A DNA stretch of 64,000 nucleotides from a bacterium (GTDB lineage Bacteria; Patescibacteriota; Minisyncoccia; Phycocordibacterales; UBA2100), in NCBI GenBank assembly GCA_030674455.1, contig JAUSGQ010000002.1, positions 6,207 to 70,206 of the forward strand, in the 5' to 3' direction. Positions 19,515-28,541 of the stretch are shown here, in pieces. Each line of letters starts with the position of its first letter. The first letter of the stretch is position 1. Under the pieces are notes generated by a model. That model was not told the DNA's origin. It saw only the letters and a list, made by a program, of their open reading frames with translations, and made no database searches. A program made the position numbers and the translations under genes.

Positions 19515-20803
19515 AAAGCTTAAAGAAAAAGTTTTGCACAGTGCCGGAAGCGATAGCGGAAATAAAGAAGGGCAAGATGCTCATTGTTGTTGATAGTCCG
19601 AAGCGGGAGAACGAGGCCGACTTATACATTCCCGCCGATGCCGCGACCGGAGAGAACATCAATACCATGCTGAAGTATGGAGGCGGTATTGTTTGCACCG
19701 CGATTACTCCTAAGCAAGCGCACAATCTCCGGCTTTCCGCGATGGTTCCCTTAAGACAGAATACCGAAAAGACAGGCGTGAATTTCACGATCTCGATGAA
19801 CGCAAAGAGAGGAATCACGAGCGGAGTTTCCGCATACGACAGGGCAAAAACGATACGCATACTCGCCAACCCAAAGTCGCGCCCTAGCGACATAGTAAAA
19901 CCAGGCCATGTGTTCGGGCTTGTGGCACGTGCCGGCGGCCTCTTGAAGCGTGAAGGCCACACCGAGGCGGCTGTTGATTTGGCGCGCCTTGCGGGGAGGG
20001 AGCCTGCGGGCGTCTTGTGCGAAATCGTCGGAAAAAATGGCCGCATGGCGCGAGGCGCCGAAATCCTGCGTTATGCGCGCGAACTTAAGGTAAAGATCGT
20101 GGCGATAAAAGATATTGTGCGATACCTGCGTGCGCATCCGCTTCCGCAACTTCAGTCTCCGCACGGTGTGGCGAGGTTCTCTGAATCCACGCTTCCCACG
20201 CTGCACGGAATGTTCCGCATCATCGTCTTCACGTCTACTATCGACGACCTTGAACATGTCGCGCTCATTCACCTGCCTGCCGCGCCCGCGGCGCAGGCAG
20301 GCGGCGATAGTAAAGAAATTTCGTCCGACGCTCATGGGAAGCCTGTTCTCGTCAGAGTTCACTCACAGTGTCTTACGGGAGACACATTCGGCTCCCTTCG
20401 GTGCGACTGCAGAGAACAATTGCAGGCAAGCATGGAAATAATCAGTAAGGCAGGAGGCGGAATCATTGTGTATCTCAATCAGGAAGGGCGCGGTATAGGG
20501 CTTGGAAATAAAATAAAAGCGTATGCGCTTCAGGATGAGGGGTACGACACGGTGGATGCAAACCACGCGCTTGGATTTGCCGCCGACGCGCGGGATTATG
20601 AAGTTGCCGCCATGATATTAAAAGACTTGGGCGCCAAAAGAATAGAATTGCTGTCCAATAATCCCGAGAAAGAAAAACAGCTTACCTCGTTCGGAATCAA
20701 TATCGCGAAAATGATCCCTCTGGAAATCCCACATAATGAGATAAACGCGGCATATCTTTCCGCAAAGAAAAAGAGGCTCGGCCACACATTAAAGAATGTT
20801 TAA
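19511..20803 (+). CDS. ribBA: DHBP synthase/GTP cyclohydrolase II
   Basis: RENEADL, PGHVF, GHTEA, VRVHSQCLTGD, RCDC, QEGRGIGL. Confidence 0.95.
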   Translation: MKSLKKKFCTVPEAIAEIKKGKMLIVVDSPKRENEADLYIPADAATGENINTMLKYGGGIVCTAITPKQAHNLRLSAMVPLRQNTEKTGVNFTISMNAKRGITSGVSAYDRAKTIRILANPKSRPSDIVKPGHVFGLVARAGGLLKREGHTEAAVDLARLAGREPAGVLCEIVGKNGRMARGAEILRYARELKVKIVAIKDIVRYLRAHPLPQLQSPHGVARFSESTLPTLHGMFRIIVFTSTIDDLEHVALIHLPAAPAAQAGGDSKEISSDAHGKPVLVRVHSQCLTGDTFGSLRCDCREQLQASMEIISKAGGGIIVYLNQEGRGIGLGNKIKAYALQDEGYDTVDANHALGFAADARDYEVAAMILKDLGAKRIELLSNNPEKEKQLTSFGINIAKMIPLEIPHNEINAAYLSAKKKRLGHTLKNV

Positions 20804-20808
20804 ACGCT

Positions 20809-21894
20809 ATGAAAAATTCTTTCATAGGGGACGAGAAGTTCATTGACGAGGCACTAAGATTAGCGGTTAAAGGCATCGGTCAAACGAATCCAAATCCGAT
20901 GGTCGGCTCTGTCATTGTTAAAAACGGCAAAATCATCGGACGCGGATACCACAAGAGAGCGGGCACTGCTCATGCGGAAGTTTTGGCACTTAGAGATGCG
21001 GGCGCCGACGTCTCCGGCGCGACTCTTTATACAAATCTTGAGCCGTGCGCTCACTTCGGCAAGACTCCGCCCTGTGTGGAATCCATAATCAATGCGGGAA
21101 TAAAAAGGGTTGTTTGTTCCGCCATCGACCCCAATCCGAAAGTGCAAGGTAAAGGAGTAGCTCGCCTCAAAAAATCCGGCATTTCTGTTTCTGTGGGGAC
21201 GGAAAAAGAAGCTGCGCATGCTCTTAACGAATCGTTTTTTGTTTTTCACGAAAAGAAGCGCCCATTCGTCGCTCTTAAATTCGCGATGAGCTTGGACGGA
21301 AAGCTGGCAACGCGAACCGGCGATTCAAAGTGGATTACCGGCGAAAAGGCCAGAGCTTTTGCGCGAGAATTGAGAGGTGCCTACCAGGCGATTCTTGTCG
21401 GCGTGAATACGGTGATTCGCGATAATCCGCATCTTGGAGTCCGTGCAAAGGGAAGGAGAGACCCTGTGCGGGTAATTGTGGATTCTCATCTACGCATCCC
21501 GCTCCGTGCGAATGTTCTTCGGGATTCAAATGTCATTATTGCGACAACATCCAGCGCTCCAAAAAAGAGAATAGAGGAGCTGGAAAAACGAGGCATTCGC
21601 GTTCTCGTTTTTAAGGCGCGAATTTCCATTCCAAAGCTTCTTGCCGAACTGCGAAAAGCTGAAATTATCAGCGTATTCGTTGAGGGCGGCGGAGAAATAC
21701 TGGGCAGTTTTATTGACGCCAAAATTGTCGATAAAGCATACATTTTTTGCGCGCCCGTTTTAGTTGGAGGAAAAGATGCGCACTCCATAGGCGGAAAGGG
21801 CGTGCAGAAAATCGCGCAGGGATTGCGTCTCAAAACCGAATCAGTGAGTACACTTGGTGATGACATTATCGTAATTGCGGATAGGCTAACATGA
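20809..21894 (+). CDS. ribD: Riboflavin deaminase/reductase
   Basis: PNPMVG, HAE, LEPCAHFGKTPPC, SLDGK, VEGG. Confidence 0.95.
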   Translation: MKNSFIGDEKFIDEALRLAVKGIGQTNPNPMVGSVIVKNGKIIGRGYHKRAGTAHAEVLALRDAGADVSGATLYTNLEPCAHFGKTPPCVESIINAGIKRVVCSAIDPNPKVQGKGVARLKKSGISVSVGTEKEAAHALNESFFVFHEKKRPFVALKFAMSLDGKLATRTGDSKWITGEKARAFARELRGAYQAILVGVNTVIRDNPHLGVRAKGRRDPVRVIVDSHLRIPLRANVLRDSNVIIATTSSAPKKRIEELEKRGIRVLVFKARISIPKLLAELRKAEIISVFVEGGGEILGSFIDAKIVDKAYIFCAPVLVGGKDAHSIGGKGVQKIAQGLRLKTESVSTLGDDIIVIADRLT

Positions 21895-21965
21895 TTGAGT
21901 TCCGGCTAATCGCACCTTATCAACACATCCTTACAAACTTGAGAATGTAAGGATGATGTTATGAT

Positions 21966-22256
21966 ATGAATATGACCAAAGTAAAAAATGCGAAGCAAAT
22001 GGAGCGGCACTTAAAAGGAATATCAAACCATTACCGCATAGAGATTTTACTTCTCGTAGCCGAAAGTGGAGGCATAACGCTTGAAGAAATTGTAAGAACG
22101 CTCGGCGCAAATGAGAAAACATTGGGGGAACACACGCGGCGGCTCCAGAATAGCGGACTCATAAATAAAAAATATCGTGGCAAGTTTGTTGAGCACACGT
22201 TATCTCCTTACGGCAAGTTGTTCGTCCGTTTTCTCAAATCATTCCAGCACGTTTAA
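21966..22256 (+). CDS. ArsR-like winged HTH protein flanked by family-A palindromes
   Basis: RIEILLL...TLEEI......KTLGEHTRRL..SGLI pattern. Confidence 0.8.
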   Translation: MNMTKVKNAKQMERHLKGISNHYRIEILLLVAESGGITLEEIVRTLGANEKTLGEHTRRLQNSGLINKKYRGKFVEHTLSPYGKLFVRFLKSFQHV

Positions 22257-22341
22257 GACATCCTTACAAACTTGAGAATGTTGGTATGTGTTTGTGGTTG
22301 GAAGCGCGATTGACGCAAAAATGATATATTCAGTTCCGCCT

Positions 22342-22410
22342 GCCGAAGTAGCTCAGCCCCGACGCCCTGCGGGGTCGGGGAGCCGACCGAAGCGTCGGCT
22401 TTGGTAAGAG
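22342..22410 (+). pseudogene. tRNA 5' stub interrupted by hairpins
   Basis: gccgaagtagctcag + 44-nt double hairpin + ttggtaagag; no anticodon or T arm follows. Confidence 0.55.
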
Positions 22411-22427
22411 GGTTGTTCTTTAGTTAA

Positions 22428-22500
22428 GCCACCTTAGCTCAGTTGGTAGAGCACGTCTTTCGTAAAGACGATGTCCGCGGTTCGATTCCGCGAGGTGGCT
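22428..22500 (+). tRNA. tRNA-Thr(CGT)
   Basis: gccacct/aggtggc acceptor stem, cgtct-ttcgtaa-agacg anticodon arm, ggttcgattcc. Confidence 0.95.
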
Positions 22501-22520
22501 CAAAATAGGTTTAAGCACGA

Positions 22521-22692
22521 CAGCACTTTTACTGGCGACGTAGAGCGAGTGAAATGAAAACGTACTCATTTTCATTTCCGAGCCGAGCCTGCCTGCGCCC
22601 GCTGGCCTGCCTGTGCGTGGCACGCAGACAGGCGGGCAGGCAGGGAGTCAGAAACCGGCGTAACGCCCTGCGGTCTCGAAGTGAGACGGTTT
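22521..22692 (+). repeat. Left copy of long imperfect inverted repeat, with nested cctgcctg..caggcagg inserts
   Basis: Exact 18-bp and 20-bp reverse-complement matches to 24726-24743 and 24605-24624. Confidence 0.85.
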
Positions 22693-22695
22693 ACC

Positions 22696-23079
22696 CTATC
22701 CGCGCGCCTTTTTCGCTGCTTTTTTCGCGCCTTTCAGTGCTTCCAGCTTGACTGCTCGCGCGGAGCCGCCAATCGTTTTCCAGTGTTTTTTCAAATCTTG
22801 CGCCAGCGCCTTTATTTCTTCGCGGCTTGCCTTTTTTCCTTTCTCATACGTCGCGGCCACGGAATCAATGATTTCGCGGTACACCGGCTCGCTCACGTCG
22901 CGCGCCTTCTCTAATTTCTCAACGACATCGCCTTTCATCTTGATAGCCCATGCCTTTGTCTGCCTCCGATGCGCCTTACCTTTCGGCCCGAGAAAGAAAT
23001 AGGCCGCCGCCAAACTGGCAACACTCGCGCCGAGAACGGCCAATTTTGCCGCGCCTGAACTTTTGCTTGATTTTTTCAT
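22696..23079 (-). CDS. Hypothetical basic protein with N-terminal TM (YtxH-like layout)
   Basis: TM ending AAAYFFLGPKG followed by a helical Lys-rich domain. Confidence 0.7.
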   Translation of the reverse strand: MKKSSKSSGAAKLAVLGASVASLAAAYFFLGPKGKAHRRQTKAWAIKMKGDVVEKLEKARDVSEPVYREIIDSVAATYEKGKKASREEIKALAQDLKKHWKTIGGSARAVKLEALKGAKKAAKKARG

Positions 23080-23157
23080 TTTATTTTTGATATTAAAAAT
23101 ATTAATTGCTCGACCCCGCCGTCCACGCCGTTTCAGAAACGAATGTGTTACAGCAGA

Positions 23158-23400
23158 TTACTTTTTATCCTTGTTTTTCTTCCTCCGTGCGGGAGGGAAA
23201 AAAAGCCGAAAAACCATATTATCTTCCAAACGCTCCCGAAGCTCCGCGATGAATTCCTCCGATTCCTTGAAACCGCCCTTGAGTGCCTCTGAAAGGATGT
23301 AGAGATTTTTCCCCGCCTTGATTAAATAAAACAGGAGAATGGAAGCCAAAACCGCCAACACAACCGTTGACACGGAAGATATAAAAAAGAAAATGTCCAT
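23158..23400 (-). CDS. Small membrane protein
   Basis: DIFFFISSVSTVVL TM helix, helical segment and basic tail. Confidence 0.65.
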   Translation of the reverse strand: MDIFFFISSVSTVVLAVLASILLFYLIKAGKNLYILSEALKGGFKESEEFIAELRERLEDNMVFRLFFPPARRKKNKDKK

Positions 23401-23502
23401 TTTAAAGGAGAAATTCCAATGGACAAAAAATAAAGAACTTTCTTAATCGTATCCTCGCGCTTATCGCCAAAATCGCGCTACCGCAATAGCCGGAAATATG
23501 GT

Positions 23503-23731
23503 ACCCCGTTAGAAGCCCGCCCGCCATCGCCCGAAAGCGACGGCAGTGACGAACTTGATGAGCGAATAAATACTTCCCGTTCGTTTTCATACCACTTGCC
23601 ACGCTCTGGCTTTGGCGGGCAGGTAGGAAGCGATGCTTCCCGCTTCAGAAAACTTACAGTGAGACCTATTCGGTATTCTGAAAGAGTCTTCTAACTTAGC
23701 ATATTTCAGCCTTCCGAGACTTCTAACGAGG
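23503..23731. mobile_element. MITE-like element, ends cccgttagaag / cttctaacgag
   Basis: Same terminal inverted repeats as 55668-55785; non-coding. Confidence 0.65.
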
Positions 23732-23747
23732 TGGTATAATATACCTA

Positions 23748-23942
23748 ATGAAGCACTGGTCAGTCGATACGCGCGCGCTAGAGAATGACCCGGACGCGCT
23801 GGCCGTGTGGGAACTTGAGAATGCCGTCAATTTCGGAATTCGCGACGGTAAAATCAAGAAGCAAGACCTTCTCGCCTATTGGGACAAGCTTGAACTAGAC
23901 CCGCACAAAAAGAAGTTTCTTTCTCTCATACTATCGCAATGA
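23748..23942 (+). CDS. Small partner protein (putative antitoxin)
   Basis: 64 aa; ATGA overlap with the downstream nucleotidyltransferase; tggtataat 7 nt upstream. Confidence 0.7.
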   Translation: MKHWSVDTRALENDPDALAVWELENAVNFGIRDGKIKKQDLLAYWDKLELDPHKKKFLSLILSQ

Positions 23943-24595
23943 CCTCCATTCTTTCGGACAACCAGCAAAAGTTGCTGAAATTGTTGAGCGAAGAGCAGCG
24001 CATTTGCCAGACATTTTACCTGTCTGGAGGGACAGCGCTTGCGGAGTTTTATTTGCAACATCGGCTCTCGGAAGATTTGGATTTCTTCTCGGAAGAAGAG
24101 TTCGAGCCGGAAGGCGTTTCTGCAGTATTGAAGAAGCTCCAAAAAGCAGTAGGAATTATCCGTGTGAGGTATGAACAATCTTTCAACAGAAATCTTTTTT
24201 TCCTTGAACTTGAGAAGGATGAAATTAAGACGGAGTTTACCTATTTTCCGTTCCCGCGAATCGAACAAAAGAAGAAGATTGGCAGTCTGCATATCGACAG
24301 CATCATCGATATCGCAGTCAATAAAATATTTACAATCTATCAAAAGCCTCGTTCGCGCGACTTCATTGATTTGTACTGCATTCTGAAGCGTGAGCCGTGG
24401 ACTATCGACGACCTCGTAAAGAAGGCGAGGATAAAATTCGATTATCATATAGACCCTCTGCAACTCGGCGCGCAGTTTCTGCGTGCGCAAGAGCTAAAGG
24501 ACTATCCGCGTATGCTCATACCTCTTGACGAGAACGCGTGGCAAAAGTTCTTTCTTGAGGAAGCGAAACGGTTGTCCCCCGAGATTCTCAAGTAA
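23939..24595 (+). CDS. AbiEii/AbiGii-family nucleotidyltransferase toxin
   Basis: FYLSGGTAL..YLQHRLSEDLDFF, NK, RDFIDLY. Confidence 0.88.
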   Translation: MTSILSDNQQKLLKLLSEEQRICQTFYLSGGTALAEFYLQHRLSEDLDFFSEEEFEPEGVSAVLKKLQKAVGIIRVRYEQSFNRNLFFLELEKDEIKTEFTYFPFPRIEQKKKIGSLHIDSIIDIAVNKIFTIYQKPRSRDFIDLYCILKREPWTIDDLVKKARIKFDYHIDPLQLGAQFLRAQELKDYPRMLIPLDENAWQKFFLEEAKRLSPEILK

Positions 24596-24756
24596 ATCGG
24601 CTCTTTCGAGACCGCAGGGCGTTAAACCATGCGGCTCGAAAGACAGCCCTGCGCACAAGCGCAGGGCGTTGTGCCGATTTCTAACTCCTCGACTCGGAAG
24701 AGTACATGAGTACATGTACTCTTCTCTCGCTCTACGTCGCCAGCAAGAAGTCTGCC
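24595..24756 (-). repeat. Right copy of long imperfect inverted repeat
   Basis: Reverse complement aligns with 22521-22692. Confidence 0.85.
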
Positions 24757-24797
24757 ATGTAATAATTCAAGCCCTCTTACGGCTTCGTTAGCATGAA

Positions 24798-25292
24798 ATG
24801 AAAGAAACCAAAGCCATGCCAATAGGCAGGCAGGGATTTATCTCGCCCCTGCTCCTCGCGCTTATCGCTATCCTCGTGCTTGGCGGCGGGGCGTATGTGT
24901 ATGTACACAATAAGAAACAGGGGAATCAGCCCGTGGCTTCTTCTACTCAAGCAACATCAACGGCGCAGACTTTAGACTTGAAGACATCCCCACCTCCTCA
25001 AGCTGGGATGTTGCGATACCAAAGTTCTCTCGGCTTTAGCATAGACTATCCAGAAAAATGGAGGATTGAATCTGCGACGATTGAAGGGTTCGGAAGCATA
25101 AAGGAAGCGGAAAAAGTCAGCGGGAACCATTTTTCTATTTATAGTTATCCAGAAAATAATTCTTACAACCCCGGAGCTTCGGTGCCGCAGATGGAATTAG
25201 CAGAAAAGACACTTATCATTATCGGATACTGGAAGATTGGGCATCGAGTAGGAGAAACTGCAGAAGGGCGACAAAATATCTGTCGAGGATGA
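24798..25292 (+). CDS. Exported hypothetical protein (QGF + hydrophobic N-terminus, PsbP-like segment), possibly truncated
   Basis: RQGFISPLLLALIAILVLGGG; YQSSLGFSIDYPEKW. Confidence 0.55.
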   Translation: MKETKAMPIGRQGFISPLLLALIAILVLGGGAYVYVHNKKQGNQPVASSTQATSTAQTLDLKTSPPPQAGMLRYQSSLGFSIDYPEKWRIESATIEGFGSIKEAEKVSGNHFSIYSYPENNSYNPGASVPQMELAEKTLIIIGYWKIGHRVGETAEGRQNICRG

Positions 25293-25431
25293 AAATGGGA
25301 CCATTACTACTTTTAGTGATATTTGCTGACAGACTATAACTCCTAAGCGATTTGATATACCCCATGAGATAAGAGAGTAAAAGATAATACGGTAAGTGGA
25401 GTGCATGTATCTCACGGGGTATACTGCTCGA

Positions 25432-26343
25432 ATGCAATCGAAAGAAGAAATTGAACGGCGGATAGCGGATATAGAAACGGCAATGGCTAGCCCTGATTTT
25501 TGGGCTGATAAAGAAAAGGCGCAGGCCACACTTAAAGAGTATCAAGATTTAAAAGCAAAGCTTGCGGGCGGGGGTTCATACGACAAAAGCGATGCGATTA
25601 TTTCAATAATCTCCGGCGCGGGCGGTGATGATGCGGAAGATTTTTCCAGAATTCTTTTCAGTATGTACAGTAAGTATGTTGCGAGCAAGGGATGGCGCAC
25701 ATCGCTTCTCTCGGCAAACGAGAATTCGGTCGGCGGGTACAGAAGCGTCTCGTTTGAAGTTTTGGGCTCCCATTCGGCAAGCTCAGGACAAGCGGGCGCA
25801 TATGGCTCCTTAAAGAACGAAGCGGGCGTGCATCGGCTCGTGCGCATGTCGCCGTTTAATGCGGCGGGGAAACGGCAAACAAGTTTTTCAATGGTTGAGG
25901 TGCTTCCCAAGTTGCCTGACGCGGGGGAATTGCATATACCGGATGCGGAAATTGAAGTTTCTGTCGCGCGCTCCGGCGGCCCCGGCGGACAAAATGTAAA
26001 CAAGCGCGACACTGCCGTCCGAATGACGCATACTCCGACAGGAATTTCCGTTCAGGTTACCTCAGAGCGCAGCCAGGCCCAGAATCGGGAGAAAGCGCTG
26101 GAAATGATACGGGGAAAACTGTTTAAGTTGCGTGAAGATGCGCAATTGAAAGAGTCGCGCGGCTTTTCCGTTGCCGCAACGACAAAAATAGAGTGGGGAA
26201 GCCAGATACGCTCGTATGTATTGCACCCGTACAAGCTCGTGAAAGACCATCGCACCGATCATGAAGAACACGACACCGACAAAGTGCTCGATGGCGGCAT
26301 TCAGCCATTCATCGATGCGGAAAAGAATTTAGGCAATTCTTAA
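25432..26343 (+). CDS. prfB: Peptide chain release factor 2 (short form)
   Basis: SPF recognition motif, GVHRLVR, GPGGQNVN, WGSQIRSY. Confidence 0.92.
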   Translation: MQSKEEIERRIADIETAMASPDFWADKEKAQATLKEYQDLKAKLAGGGSYDKSDAIISIISGAGGDDAEDFSRILFSMYSKYVASKGWRTSLLSANENSVGGYRSVSFEVLGSHSASSGQAGAYGSLKNEAGVHRLVRMSPFNAAGKRQTSFSMVEVLPKLPDAGELHIPDAEIEVSVARSGGPGGQNVNKRDTAVRMTHTPTGISVQVTSERSQAQNREKALEMIRGKLFKLREDAQLKESRGFSVAATTKIEWGSQIRSYVLHPYKLVKDHRTDHEEHDTDKVLDGGIQPFIDAEKNLGNS

Positions 26344-26504
26344 GAGCGGAGGATCCTGCTCCAGATTTCCTTCCCCGCACTTTTCAGTCCATATTGATAT
26401 CGTGATACAATTGTACGAATGGATGCTAAACGACCTTTTGAGCAGTTGGTGAAAGTGCGGGACGCTCAAAAAATATAGTCGCTTTGCTCCTTATTTTTTG
26501 GCGC

Positions 26505-27185
26505 ATGATTCAATACGATAAAGTCACAAAGATTTACCACGGAGGCCAGCATGCGGTTGAGGACATCACTCTGCATGTTGAACCCGGCGAGTTTGTCTTT
26601 ATTGTCGGGCATTCCGGTGCGGGGAAAACAACGCTCCTGAAGATGCTTTTTGCCGAGGTGCTTCCGACCTCGGGCGCGGTTTACTTCGATTCTCGCTCAA
26701 TAGGTGAGCTGTCTAATGCGGAGCTTTTGAGGGTGAGGCGCAATATCGGCACGATTTTCCAGGATTTCCGCCTTCTGCCGACAAAAACAATCTATGAAAA
26801 TATCGCTTTTGCGCTTGAGGTAGCAGGCAAAGACGATGACGACATTAGGGCCGATGTCCCGCATGTCCTGGAACTCGTCGGATTAGCCGACAAGATGTGG
26901 AGTTTCCCGCGCGAGCTTTCCGGAGGAGAACAGCAGAGAGTCGCAATAGCGCGCGCGATTGTAAATCAGCCTGCAGTGCTTATTGCGGATGAGCCTACGG
27001 GAAATTTGGACCCGATAAATACGCACGATGTCTTGGAAATTTTAAAAAAGATAAACAATCTTGGGACTACGGTACTGCTCGCGACACACAACAGGTCGGT
27101 CGTGGATGCCGGCGGCAAGCGCGTGATAACGATGGACCAGGGGCGATTAATACGCGACGACAAGGAGGGGAAGTATGTCTTATGA
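26505..27185 (+). CDS. ftsE: Cell division ATP-binding protein
   Basis: GHSGAGKT, FQDFRLL, LSGGEQQRV, IADEPTGNLD; upstream of ftsX. Confidence 0.92.
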   Translation: MIQYDKVTKIYHGGQHAVEDITLHVEPGEFVFIVGHSGAGKTTLLKMLFAEVLPTSGAVYFDSRSIGELSNAELLRVRRNIGTIFQDFRLLPTKTIYENIAFALEVAGKDDDDIRADVPHVLELVGLADKMWSFPRELSGGEQQRVAIARAIVNQPAVLIADEPTGNLDPINTHDVLEILKKINNLGTTVLLATHNRSVVDAGGKRVITMDQGRLIRDDKEGKYVL

Positions 27186-27217
27186 AATTAACGACCGAAG
27201 GGAGTATAATTTCAAAG

Positions 27218-27414
27218 ACCCAGCACTATCTTGGCATCACACAACTTCCGTTCATCCTTCCGATACCGTTGAGACAGTCTCAACAAGGTCGTACAATGGA
27301 CACATGAGAACGGATGCCAAAATGGTGCTGGGTGTATGCCAAAGGCATATCGTGTCTTCACTCGGGCATCATGTCTGCAAAATGCAGACGCGATGGCCCT
27401 CGCTAGACACGATA
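27218..27414. repeat. Structured insertion between ftsE and ftsX (two long hairpins)
   Basis: 27218-27238 pairs with 27313-27333; 27348-27357 pairs with 27405-27414; related element at 28413-28515. Confidence 0.75.
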
Positions 27415-27454
27415 AGATTTTCTAAGCTCGCTTCGCTCACTAACAAAATCTAAC

Positions 27455-28384
27455 ATGTCCCTCTGGCTAAACACAAAAAGAGTCGCGCGGTACGGACTCA
27501 TAGGATTCATTCGAAACGGATTTGTTTCTTTGGCGGCCGTCTCAATAATGACGCTGACGCTTTTTGTTCTGTCGGGGCTCATGGTTTTCGGCGCCGCCCT
27601 TGATGCAACGCTTGTTCAATTGACGCAAAAGGTTGATGTGAACGTGTATTTCACGACTAATGCGACCGAGGCGCAAATCACGGATGTTAAGAAAATGCTC
27701 GAAGGAATGCCGGAGGTCGCATCCGTCACCTTCGTTAGCCGCGAAGAGGCGCTCGCTACATTCCGCGAGAGGCACAAAAACGACCAGCTTACAATCCAGG
27801 CGCTCGACGAGCTACGGGACAATCCGCTCGGAGCCACGCTTGAGGTGAGAGCCAAGCAGACTTCGCAATACGAAGCGATAGCGAAATTCCTTACTACTCA
27901 ACAATCGAATGGCACAAGCGGAGGTTCCGCGATAGACAAGGTGAATTTCTATCAGAACAAGACCGCCATAGACCGGCTGACGAATATCATTGATACCTCG
28001 AAACGCATCGGAACGATTGTTGCCGTCGTCATGGGGCTCGCGTCTCTTCTCATCGCATTCAATACGATACGCCTTGCCATTTATACCTCGCGCGATGAGA
28101 TTGGAGTGATGAATATTGTGGGCGCTGGCAGATGGTACGTGCGCGGGCCGTTTATGATCGCCGGCATTCTCTACGGATTTGTTTCCGGACTTATCGTTTT
28201 GCTGCTGCTCTATCCCATCACGCTCTATATGAGCGCGCCTCTGCAGCGTTTCTTAGGCACATTTAATGCTTTTTCATACTATGCCGGCAATTTCCCCTTC
28301 ATTTTCTTCGTGATAATGTCATTCGGCATAGCTCTCGGAGCATTATCCAGCTATTTGGCCGTTAGAAGATATTTACGAAATTAA
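27455..28384 (+). CDS. ftsX: Cell division permease
   Basis: TM, extracellular domain with NPL, NTIRLAI..RDEI..M.IVGA. Confidence 0.92.
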   Translation: MSLWLNTKRVARYGLIGFIRNGFVSLAAVSIMTLTLFVLSGLMVFGAALDATLVQLTQKVDVNVYFTTNATEAQITDVKKMLEGMPEVASVTFVSREEALATFRERHKNDQLTIQALDELRDNPLGATLEVRAKQTSQYEAIAKFLTTQQSNGTSGGSAIDKVNFYQNKTAIDRLTNIIDTSKRIGTIVAVVMGLASLLIAFNTIRLAIYTSRDEIGVMNIVGAGRWYVRGPFMIAGILYGFVSGLIVLLLLYPITLYMSAPLQRFLGTFNAFSYYAGNFPFIFFVIMSFGIALGALSSYLAVRRYLRN

Positions 28385-28412
28385 GGAGCGAAGCGACTAT
28401 AATTTCTTTAAT

Positions 28413-28515
28413 CCAGCCCCAATTTTGAAACGGAGCGGAAATACGCAAAGCGAGCTCAAAATACCGTGATTGGAGAATTTCTGCACATAATGCTGGAGCT
28501 CAAAATTGGTGCTGG
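28413..28515. repeat. MITE-like element, ends ccagccccaattttga / tcaaaattggtgctgg
   Basis: 16-bp terminal inverted repeat with one mismatch, similar to 27218-27333. Confidence 0.7.
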
Positions 28516-28541
28516 GTTTGCCACGTGATAGTATAGTTCGT

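Noticed and set aside
19498-20362. Long antisense ORFs over ribBA, and similar shadow ORFs over thrA, proA, pyrG and prfA
   Set aside because: They overlap well-supported genes and show no recognisable motifs
23402-23602. 66-aa minus-strand ORF
   Set aside because: Overlaps the MITE-like element and has no protein-like features
25396-25500. Programmed +1 frameshift in prfB
   Set aside because: The ORF is continuous from 25432 and no CTT-TGA slippery site is present
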